A stretch of 64,000 nucleotides of DNA from the human T2T-CHM13v2.0 reference genome, Homo sapiens. The DNA lies in NCBI RefSeq assembly GCF_009914755.1, contig NC_060936.1. The stretch is one strand, 5' to 3'. This document shows positions 52,801-64,000 of this stretch, piece by piece. The stretch's first letter is position 1. Each line of letters opens with the position of its first letter. A model generated the notes under the pieces. That model did no database searches, was not told the origin of the DNA, and saw only the letters and a list, made by a program, of their open reading frames with translations. A program made the position numbers and the translations under genes.

Positions 52801-53984
52801 CAGGTACTCCTGATTATTTCATTGTTTCAGTAATTCTGATGTTCACCGTTAATTTAGTATCACTTAAGAGGAAGGAAAAGAAAGATTGACAATTCCAAAT
52901 TATTAATGAATTTCTCCCATTTTCAGAAATATTATGAAAATATGTCTTAGAGTAATTTTTGTTAATAATGATGTCAATGATGGATGGAGCATTTCTGGAA
53001 TCTCATCTTTATTGTTGGAAGAGTCTACATTCATGGAACACAACATCTATCAGGGCTAGTATATAATGTCAAACTTTATGTTACTTGCTTTAAGGTTAAT
53101 CAGTCTCATCATTTTTTAATCATTTATCTTGAAAGAGAAATTATTCCTATATGGGTTAAGCAATTAAAATGTTAAACTTTTTAGGAGTTAATAAGTATTT
53201 TAATACACTGAAATGTGATTGAGTGTCTCTATTTATGTCACAGAGTCACAGAGATGGAAACACTCTTAAAATGTAATGATCTAATTATATGAATTATTAA
53301 TCTGAAGTCTAAGGAAGCTAAATAGCTTGCCAAAGGTTGTACTGCTGCTTTTTTTCTGCTACTAGTTTTGTATATATGTCTCTTATTTTCAGAAAAAGAT
53401 AACGATAGCAGTTTCCAATAGTACCTTACGCAGAATAAGTACTCAATAAATGCATGTTGGTTTGTTGCAATAAACACCCACATAAAAATAAAAGTTGTAT
53501 TGGCCATATATGAAGTTTCTTTGCTTTTTACAGGTTGTATCTGCCCTAAAGGAGTATTTTTGTGAATCAAAAATTTTAAGAAAATGTTCTGATCTTAAAT
53601 TGGAAGTGACTTCCAGTATTCTTCTAAATTTCTTTACCTATGCCCATTTCCTTCTCTTAGTTTCTCTGTTGAGTAGTTAATGATCTGTTAAGATGCACTT
53701 CAATACATTAGAGTGTCCACATTCTTAAAAGAACATTGCTTGAGCAAAATAACCCATTTGAAATTTGAATTATTCGCTGTCTTGCTGCTTAAGATGAGTT
53801 TAAATACAACCGGAGACATACCTTCAGTTCTACCATTCTTCTCACCTTTCTTGATAATGGTAGTAACTAAATCTTTCTAATAAGAATAATTTTATTTAAA
53901 TAAATACAACCTTTTTAGGCAATTCCTCCTCTCCATTAAAAGAAACATAATTTATCTATTTATTTAAGCCAAACAACAAATCTT

Positions 53985-54480
53985 CAGTTCTCCCCTTGTC
54001 TACCTCTATTACCACTGCCCTAGTGTCAATTATTATCATCTCTCTCTAAAGGCACCTTGTTGGTAGTCGATAGTCTCAATCCAGGCTTACTGTCTCCTAA
54101 CCAATCTTTCAACTGCTGCCTGAGAAATGTAAATCTGACCATTCTGCACCCATATGAATGCTCTCTATAGCCGCAGGGTTAAGCACTACATGGCATATAA
54201 AACTACCATGACCTGGTCCTGCATTCAATTACAGCCTCATTTCTCCGCTCTAGTAACATTCAAGGGCTTCTCTTTATACAGCCTGCTGTTTAGTGGTTAA
54301 ATTATTTCCCTCCAGCTCATTTGAACTCCCATACATTCCCCACTGTCACCACAATGTATGTGTCAGTCTGTATGCTAAACTTAACATGCTAAACAGAATG
54401 TACATATGGGTCTAACATGTTGGAATCTAAATCCCTCAAGGATAGGGGCTATCTTGTCTTCATATATGTTCAATAGTTGT
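53985..54480 (+). mobile_element. L2 fragment
   Basis: ccactgccctagt…aaatgtaaatctgaccatt…ccatgacctggtcctg…ctcaaggataggggctatcttgtctt. Confidence 0.6.
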
Positions 54481-56203
54481 AGATTATTTCAATTTAAAAT
54501 TATAGCAAATTGGTCTTGAATGTCACTTAAGCATTTTGTTGTTTCCACCCCTGGACAACTCATTGTTGAACTCATCTTTCTCAAGGATGTAGATAGAGCC
54601 CCCATTTTTTTCCTGATATTCTTGCATTTAACTACCATAGCTTACTGAATAAAAGCAGCTGAATTTGATCCATGTTTAATGTCATTTTCTTAATCTTTCT
54701 GGACTTGGATATGCTTTTTAGAAAAATTCTTTTTTTCTTACATAAATATCTAGAACAGTGCCTATCAATAAATAATCATTGAGCTGAAATAAGCTATAAT
54801 ATTGTGGTTCCAATCGGATATTGGTTTATACCCCTCGATTTTAATCATCATAGTCAACTTAAAATGCCTTTGTATGAGATTTTTCAATTGTTTTCATTTA
54901 ATGTAGTGTGGATTCCAAGCTATATGGGAATGGAACATTCTTTTCCAGGTTAATGGGACTTTGACAACAGTTTTTCATGTTCACTAAACAAACATGAATT
55001 AGGTTCCAGGTATAATGTTAGTAGCTAATGATACAAATATTGACCTTGCATTAGAGAAGAACCCATTCTGGAGAAACAGAGGAACCTCTCACAGTGGCTT
55101 TTCAGCATAGGTGCATTTAATTAGGAAATTCAGTGATAGGAGCTGGTAAGAAAGGGAGAGAGTGAGGGTAGACTTAAAGAGAAAATAATATAAATGCTAT
55201 GAAAAAATTCTGCCCACCATTCCATATAGTTTTGCTCTTTGGTAATCATGAGATGGAAGACTTAGATCCCTTAGTTGGCTTCAATTTCTACACAACTATA
55301 TAGGGTTGAATCCTTAAAACTACATATCTTCTGCTTCAGTGGGAACTTAGAATTTTCAAGGGAAAATTCAAGTATGAGTACTTATTGCCTTATGTGGTAA
55401 CTTCAAAACCAGTATCCAGGGAAAGATTGTGACAATATGATTAGGGCTGGGGTTAAGTTTTATTGAAATTCATATTTATTTTTGTGATTATGTGACACTT
55501 GTTTTTCTCCACTAGATTATAAACTACATGATAACAAAGGCAATATCTACTTTGTTTATTCTTATGTGATTAGCATTTTGCAAAAGCCCCAAGATTTAAT
55601 AGAAAATAAATATTTGTTGGATGAGTGGAGTTATTCCACGTTAATCTCCTTTTTCCACTTTGAGAGACTTATTTAGAGAGTGCTAATACTTTTGTGAAAT
55701 ATTTTTAGAGTTTTAAACTAATTCAATATATAAAAATTAATTTAAAAGTAAGTAGTAAACTGTAAAATAACTAAACCTCATTTCATCCACAAAATTCAGT
55801 GAAGCTTATAACAAGGTTTTTTAAGATATGAAACATTATCCAACAAAGCAATAAAATTGATGTTATCAGAAATTTTTAAATCATGTTATTGTAATTATGC
55901 ATTTAATTATTTCAGTTTTTAGATATCTAAGAGGGAAAAAAGAGATAATGGGAATAGATCGAATGTTACAGTGGCAAACAATAAAGCGTATCTAAAGACA
56001 CAAAAGTTGTTGAGTTTTTTTTTTTTTTCTGGAATGAATTCCTTAAGTGCTTTCTGGTCATGGTTCCTTAAATGAGGAATATGCGGTAAAATATGATGAT
56101 TTTAACCATGGGTTTGCAAAAGATTTAGGAAGGTTATTTAAATGTACATTTTAAACCCATACTCTAACTAAAGTGGTTATCATTGTATACAATTATCCAA
56201 ATA

Positions 56204-56475
56204 GGCCAAGCATGGTGGCTCATGCCTGTAATCCCAAGGAGGTAGAGGCAGGGGGATTACTTGAGACCAGGAGTTTGAGACTCAACTGAGACCCCCATCT
56301 CTACAAAGAAATAAATAAAAATTAGCCTGACATAGTAGCATGTGACTATAGTCCCAGCTACTGGGGAGGTTGAAGCAGGAGGATTGTTTTGGCCTAGGAG
56401 GTCAAGACTGCAGTGAGCCGCGATCATGTCACTGCACTCCAGCCTGGACAGCACAGCAAGACCCTGTTTTAAAAA
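56204..56475 (+). mobile_element. AluJ (Jo/Jr-like) with internal deletions
   Basis: ttgagaccaggagtttgagac, aggtcaagactgcagtgagc and caagaccctgt; degraded TSD aattatccaaata / aattaaccaatta. Confidence 0.9.
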
Positions 56476-57044
56476 TTAACCAATTAAATAATTAAATAAT
56501 TTCTGCAGTGAGCTTAATGGCTGATTTTGTTTTTGAAATACTTTATCTTAATACAGTAAGACAAAGTAATGAAGAGAAGCATAAGTTAATAGCCTCATTA
56601 AGTTTTGCCCTCAAATGTTATGTCCCAAGTAAGTCTTTGGGTTGGAGTCAATTCCTGGTTGAATTATCTAATATGTATCCAAAGATCCTATAGTTTATGC
56701 TGATTAAGAATGACCTGTATGTATTAAGCATTGTGTATGTGGGATGTGGAATTGGCATGAGTCACTGAATGTTCTAAGTCTTCAAATGTTTTTATCTTTG
56801 TTTTCTCAGAGAGGTGAGTCATATGTGTGTGACTGTGGATAGGACCGGTGTTCTTCTGCTCAATAACATACATACTCAGGGGGAACTCCATCTTGTTCTA
56901 TATAATATGGACAAGTGATTTCTTGAAAAAAATTTTAGGACATATTTGGTCAATTGAGTGTTTTAATCTCAGAATAACCTCAATGCCCTCCAAACCTGCA
57001 TCTGCTGGGCCCAGCATGATGGTTAGCATCCACCTTTTGTGTGG

Positions 57045-57469
57045 TGCAATGGTTTATTTTATGTGTCAACTTGACTGGACAATGGAGTGCCAAGACTTTT
57101 GGTCAAACATTATTTTGGGTGTGTATATGAAGGCGTCTGGATGAGATTAACATTTAAATCAGTAGACTGAATAAAGCAGATTGCCCTCCCTATTATTGGT
57201 GGGCCTCATCCAATCAATTGAAGATCCAAGTAAAACAAAAATGCTGATTAAGAGGGAACTTTACCTGCCTGACTACTTGAGCTGAGACATCAGTCTTCTG
57301 TCCTGGGACTGCAGCTTGCACCATCAGCTCTCCTGCTTCTCATGCTCTCAGACTTGGACTGGAACTACACCACCATCTTTCCTGAGTCTCTAGCTTGCTG
57401 GCTACAGATCTTGGGCCTTTTCAGCCTTCATAATTAGTTCTGTTTCTCTCGCAAACCATGAGTAATATA
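57045..57469 (+). mobile_element. MLT2D/C-type ERVL LTR
   Basis: atggtttattttatgtgtcaacttgactgg…gatgagattaacattt…agttctgtttctct. Confidence 0.87.
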
Positions 57470-57981
57470 GGTAGACATATCTATGGCTGAAATACTGGAC
57501 AATTAATGGAAATGTGACTATTTTAACTACTCTAAGTTAATTCAATAATAACTCAGTAAATATTCTTTTACTTTGCAATGATTCATGTTATACTGAACTC
57601 TATAAGTTGTTATGTTGAACATAAAATAAAGTACTTTATCATTCATATTCATGACTTTTCTGTTTAGGATTAATGGTATTAAATAGTTGAAACAGTTGTT
57701 AGTAGAGATGTAAATTAATTAATAACTTTAGGTTTTTCTCAATATCACTCTGAAGTACAATTTATATGTATAGTGTGAAAGAAGATACTAGTTGAAGACT
57801 AGCATATTTTAGCATAAGAAAATATGTCCAATGGTTATGATGTTCTTATGCATCTGGTATATTTTTCAGGGTATACATAGATCAGCCATTATAAGTTTGA
57901 ACTCTGTATAAGTACATACAGTAGTTATCATTCTTGGCCTATAGCTATCTGAAGTCCAACTGGAATAACCAGTCAAAACTG

Positions 57982-58037
57982 ACACCAAAACCAGTAGGTG
58001 AGGGAAATAACACAAAAACCAGTAGGTGAGGGAAACC
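57982..58037. repeat. 28-bp tandem duplication
   Basis: aaaaccagtaggtgagggaaa core x2. Confidence 0.92.
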
Positions 58038-58158
58038 TAAGAAGCTGAACTGAATTCTCGAATTATATCTTATGTTAGTCTCATAAAGCTTTATTTTATA
58101 AATTATTCTTATAAACAAACTATAATTCAAATTGAATCAAGTCTTAGTTCTCAGTTGA

Positions 58159-58408
58159 TCACTGCAAACTCCGCTCCACAGCTCAAGCAGTCTTTCTACC
58201 TCAGCCTCCCAAGTAGCTGAGACGACAGGTGCCTGCCTGTCACTATGTCTGGCTTTTTATTTTTATTTTTATTTATTTTTTGTATTTTTAGTAGAGATGG
58301 GGTTTCACCCTGTTGCCCAGGCTGGTCTCAAACTCCTTAGCTCAAGCAATCCCCTCACCTCTGCCTCCCAAAGTGCTGGGATTACAGGCATGAACCACTG
58401 TACCAGCC
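58159..58408 (-). mobile_element. AluJ-like element lacking its 3' end and tail
   Basis: Plus strand starts at tcactgc with no poly-T; tcagttga on both sides. Confidence 0.88.
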
Positions 58409-59215
58409 TCAGTTGAATTTTTTGATGAATGCATTTCCTGAGGACTCTGCTATTAGCAACATATTTTCATTTCTTTAATTGTAAATGAATTATGAAATAA
58501 ATATGATAAATACAATATTTATATGTTAGCTTGTATTTGCTTCCTACATGTTTATCAATAGTTGTTTCCATGTCTATTTCTTACCTTTCTTTAAAAATGT
58601 AGTGAGAACCTCTGTTTTTACTTTGATATTTTTACGATTCTTCATCAAGTAAATGCCTGCTCTATATTGACTCAGAAAAATATCCAGAAATTACAATATA
58701 ACAACTATAAAATTAGAATTTAAAGTATGTAGATGGCTTCTTACACAAAGTAGTTACTTCACAATAAGTATTCATTGAATATGTGTAAACATCTCACACA
58801 GCTATCTGTAAACTCTGCAGGAAAGCTGCACGAGTTCTCCTGAAAGTAAATTCAAGTTACAGCAACATCTGAAATGCCTATAATGTTGCAGAAACTAGTT
58901 CAAAGAGAGGAATCATACACAATGTTCTAATATGATAAATGATTTCATAATTTAGACAAAAGGTAATTCTCCAAAGCAGACTGTGATTAGTCAAATATTT
59001 TCCATCCTTTTTTTTTAAGTAAGATTATCCCATTTCATAAATAGGACTCCCTGTTAATTTAGCATTCATGATGAAATATTAGAAGTTTTTCTTGGTATTC
59101 CTGTCTTAAATGTTGACAAATAAAACAAACTCAAATAACAAAATAATTTAAATTAAATATAATTTTCCCAGTAATTTAGGTAGGGCCTTTTGTATCTATG
59201 CTGTGATTTAATATC

Positions 59216-59346
59216 AATTTATAAAGATAAATTTATAAAGATAAATACATTTATAAAGATAAATTTATAAAGATAATATAATTTAATATAAATTTATAAA
59301 GATAAATTTATAAAGATAATATAATTTAATATAAATTTATAAAGAT
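59216..59346. repeat. AT-rich 14-bp minisatellite (AATTTATAAAGATA, about 7 copies)
   Basis: Directly visible, with a 43-bp higher-order period. Confidence 0.93.
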
Positions 59347-59669
59347 TACTTCAATACTAACTCAGTAAATGTTTCTATGGTGAGCATCTTTTTCATATTA
59401 TGTTGAACCCAAAATATCCTCAAAAGTGCCTTGTCTTTATATCTCTTTGTTTATATCTTCTGCAGATAAATATATGTAGTCTTTTTGGACAGGTGGCCAT
59501 TTCACTTATTCTCAAATCCAGATTTTTTTTCAGTACTTTTAAATAACGTTCCAGTCCTATTATTTATGACTTGATACATGTTTTTGAACAGCAACAACCT
59601 AAGTTAAAGTGACTTTAAAAAATGTACTCGGTCATAGAAATCACAGACAGGGCTAATAACTTAACAAAC

Positions 59670-59800
59670 ACTGTTTAGTGAAACTGAAGCTTAGAGAGTT
59701 TAAGGACTTGTACATGACCCCAAAGCCAGCAGCTGCAGAGACGGCTTTAAAGTCTTGCTTTCCAGTGTAATGCTTTTCTGTGTTACACTCTGCTGCCTTC
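59670..59800 (-). mobile_element. MIR fragment
   Basis: gaaactgaagcttagagagtttaaggacttg. Confidence 0.7.
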
Positions 59801-60412
59801 CAGAGAAGAACCACTCATCTTAAGTGCTGGCTCCCTTGTCCATTTATTTTATCCTACCTGGAAGGTGTCATTGAACCCTTCATTCTCTCCCTTCTTTGCC
59901 CCAGGACCAACAGCCTTGCAGGTGTGGTTCCTCAGCCACTGGTCTAGTAGAAGCCTGTGGGGAGGGAAGTCATTTCTGTACTCTTTGTCAGTTTCATGGG
60001 TTTAGAGAAATTGACCTACACAGAAATTTTTCAAACTTATTTGACATGGAACACTTTTTATAATTATTTTTGTCAGATTCTCATATTGAAAAGATACTCA
60101 CAGGTAATCTGTGGAAATAATTCAAACTGACATTAAAATAGAAAGCAAATGCACTCATAAATTTATTAATTGCTGAAATAAATGATCAAAGATTGACTTA
60201 TGTTTATTGTGCAATAAAGATGTTGAAGTTGTAAGACAGGGTCCATGATATAGTTGTAATCATTGAGTAGAAACATTCAATGCAAAAGTGAATTGGCAAA
60301 TGTTGTCTATATTTTCTTGCTGATGGAAAATTATTTATTTGTGCATTAGGTGATCACCAAGGGTTTCCTCAAATTCATAGAGGGGGCAAGCCCTAAAATT
60401 AGACCATTTGAA

Positions 60413-60727
<315 letters not shown>

Positions 60728-62614
60728 TCAGCATTTCCATTTACTGGCTGTAGATTTTGAGAAAATTATTTGAACCTATTAAACGTCATTTCCTTGATCT
60801 CAAAATTATAATGATGAGGATAAAATATACGCAAAGTGCTTAGTATGGTACCTGGTAAAAAGTGATAAATTTATGTTGGCTATTAAAAGGGAAAAGAAAA
60901 TAGAAGCCATAATTGTTGGTGGGTAACTAATTTTGATATTAGTTAAGTGAAGTAGCATTACTATAAATTACGAGTTTCATGAGATTCCTTCTGTGCCATT
61001 GAGTGACACCTGTTAACATCTCACTGGATGTTAGGTTTCTGAAGAACATGGGTTTGGATGGACTGAATTAGTTATAAGAATTTCCTCTATCTCTAATTGT
61101 AGGATTTTTACTTGCATAGCATGTAAAGGATCTTTATAAATATAAAATAGGATGCAAAGAAACAAAAAGGAATCAAAGAAGGAAAATTTGAATTTTTAAC
61201 AACCTCAGGAATGAGGTAGATAACCAACTACAGTTACATTATGCTGTAAATTTTCTAATCACAAAGTTTATAGAGGGCACATTCTATCAAAGCAAACCAT
61301 TTCTTTGAAGTTTACTGGTAAGTCAGTAACAGTAACTGACCAATATGCTATGCTGACTAATATGAAGTTTTTTCTCAAGCATAAAACTGAGAGAAGGGAT
61401 TGAGATTGTTAAACAAAAGACACAGTTGAAGCTTATAATACTAATGTATTGATATTAGAGTTGAAATGCATAGAATATTTATATTGACATTGTCATGTCT
61501 GTATATTGATACATGGCATCTTATTAAAAATGAATTGATTAAAAAGAAAGTTTATTAATGAAAAAACTCAGATAGCCAAACTAAAAAAAAAAAAGAAAAC
61601 TTGGGGGGATTGTAATTGTACGCCAGCTTATTCTGACTTTCAAGGATGAGTTTTACTCAAAGACAAAAATCAAGAATAGTAAGTAGAATTAGTTGGCAAG
61701 AATAATACCTTACTCGAATGAGGCTTTGGAACAGTGACTACAGCAACTTCCATGTAGAATTTTTCCAGTGGTGGTTAAATCAAAGGAAGGCAAGAGCCAG
61801 AGAAATATCTTCAAGTTGCTCTAAGAATTTTTGTTTAATTGTTGATGTTAAAACTACAAGTGTACTACTTATATATTGCTCTCCTCTATCGAGTTACACT
61901 AACTTATTCCAAGAAAACTAAAGCCCAAAGTGTATTCATTTTCAGCAGAAAATACCAAGGATGACACAGGACAAGTTATTTTTGCCTTTCAGTGAGGTTA
62001 CCTTCCTCTAATTTACTCCTTGACCCTTACCTGGTTTCCTCTTTCAAATGCATAGTTTGATCTACTGAATTCCAGAACTTCAGCTTCCTCCTTACCTCCT
62101 GACTTCCAGAAACTACAGCAGATGGACTTTGGTTTGTTGATGTTGGAACTTTGCCCAGCACTTGCCCAGATCTTTTGCCAATTGACTAACAAGATAGTGT
62201 TGTTGTCACCACCCCCCACCCCAGCATGACAATTATGAACATAACCTAGAGAGATTTCTATCCCCAAAATAAGATTACAAATAAAGTTTATAACCCAAGA
62301 TAAAGGTTAGAGAAAATGTACATCTGTTATTATAGTCTTTAAATCTTGGTCAAAGTGATATTTCATGTTAATATAAACATTTTAATAATTTAGATTTGCA
62401 AAATGTAATAATTTAGATTTGCAAAATAAGCCAGAAATCTGGAATTTTATGTAAAAGTTTTGAGTTTAAAAAACAACAATAAGCTACCCATAATAACAAC
62501 ATGAGAGAGAAACTTGATTAATAGAAAGAACCAAATTATCGAGATTTGATTACTTTAACCAACCCTCACTAGCTGCCACCAGCAAAATTAGAAAGAACTA
62601 GCCAGTAGCTACCA

Positions 62615-62945
62615 CAGAAGTTGCAAACTCAAATAAATGTCTATGAAGATAAGACAAGATCCCTATTTTGAATAAGAGTAAATGAGTGAAAAGCGCTGAG
62701 TAGAAGCAACAGAATGTGGTAGGGAGAGTTGGGTAACTGAAGAGTACAGGCTCTGTATGAAAGGGAAAGCTCCCGCTCATTGCTGACATGCAAGAATGTG
62801 GATTCAGTGTAGACAGATCTCATTTCTCAAAATAAGCCAGAAACCTGGAATTTTATGTAAAAGTTTCAAGTTTAAAAAACTGGCTAAAATCTTTTTGAAA
62901 CACTGTGCTTGCCAAATACAGCATCTTTGGAGAGCTTCATCCAGT
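62615..62945. mobile_element. MER102-type hAT-Charlie element
   Basis: cagaagttgcaaactcaaat…gtaaatgagtgaa…aagccagaaacctggaattttatgt…aaacactgtgcttgccaaa. Confidence 0.75.
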
Positions 62946-63302
62946 TCACTACTGTGCTCTAGCAGATATTCCTCCGGTATCCCTATTTTCTTGACTTCAA
63001 ATGCCCCCATCTGCAGAGGAGTAACTCATTAAAATATTAGTAACTTAAAGCACATTCAAAAGAGATGTGTGATGATGAGATCTGAAAGAAGAAAGAGAGA
63101 TAGAAAAAGGACAGGAGTGTTTCTTGAAAAAAAAAATTCTCACAGATTCACCTAACATAGACTTTGCATTCCTATGACCCTACTGACAGAAATGCAGATA
63201 TTCAATATGAATAGAGTAATCAACAAAGGAAGATAGAAGGTCAACAGAAAATTAATTGCTATTCTGTCAAAGGACATTTTAATTTTAAAATAGGTTTAGA
63301 AT

Positions 63303-63305
<3 letters not shown>

Positions 63306-63336
<31 letters not shown>
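63306..63336. repeat. (TG)n microsatellite
   Basis: Directly visible. Confidence 0.95.
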
Positions 63337-63338
<2 letters not shown>

Positions 63339-64000
63339 ATTTTGTGGGGAGGAGGAAGGTGGAGAATAGCAGATTGTGGGTGATATAATTTGTAAAACTT
63401 GCTGGCCAGCCATCTCATGGTAAACAAGAAAGGAAACATTATTTGAGTTTTGGGCATGCAGCAAGATATAAAACTTAGAATCTACTCTCCAAATAAAAGC
63501 TAAGTGTGATGATTAGAACCTGCCTTTTTATTATTTTTGCCTTGATTTTATGTTAATATTCTCAGTAGTTCTCTAATTGGAAACTTTTACCCCTGAGCTA
63601 TGTATAAAACATGCTAAGTTTTGTATTTTCTTAAATATTTAAAAGTATCTGCATTAAATAGTTATCATGACTGTTTCAAATCTGTTTTCCTTCAATGCTA
63701 CCCCATCCTCTACTACCACATATATGTACCCTCTTGTTTTTTTTTTTTTTTTTAATCCTGTCTGGAAACATTTACCCAAATGTTCCTTTTTAAACAAAAT
63801 ACACAGATCTGATAAAAGGTGTCATGTTTCCCAGTCCTTTTCAAAGAACTCATATAAAAGTATAAATTATAATTTATAACCACTGACAGGGGGATCTAAT
63901 TATATTCTAGCCTTTTATGGCCATTTAGACTGCCTTTTGAACTCAATTTCCAGTAAAAAAAAAAAAAAAAAAAAGAGGAACTCTTTTATGCTATTTTTAA

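Overview
AT-rich, CpG-poor primate non-coding DNA, either intergenic or deep in a long intron. An L1PA2 3' end and AluY elements point to human or another ape. I find no protein-coding gene, RNA gene or CRISPR array. The only ORFs with recognisable protein similarity are broken L1 ORF2p remnants; the rest are Alu, LTR or chance ORFs. Much of the window is transposon fossils: about 13 Alu/FAM, several L1, L2, MIR and L3 pieces, solo LTRs (LTR1-like, THE1, MST/MLT1, MLT2) and DNA transposons (MER20, MER58A, MER81, MER1B, MER102, Tigger3a, Tigger4b), many with readable target-site duplications (TSDs). Repeat subfamily names come from my memory of consensus sequences and need RepeatMasker/Dfam confirmation. 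I cannot support a novel gene system here. The most unusual signals are structural: a perfect 77-bp palindrome (5194-5270), an inverted/direct templated mosaic (11465-11618) and several short local 'doublet' duplications 0.1-3 kb apart that look like template-switch repair scars. There are also a few candidate cryptic exons and repeat-free, motif-rich islands that could be enhancers.
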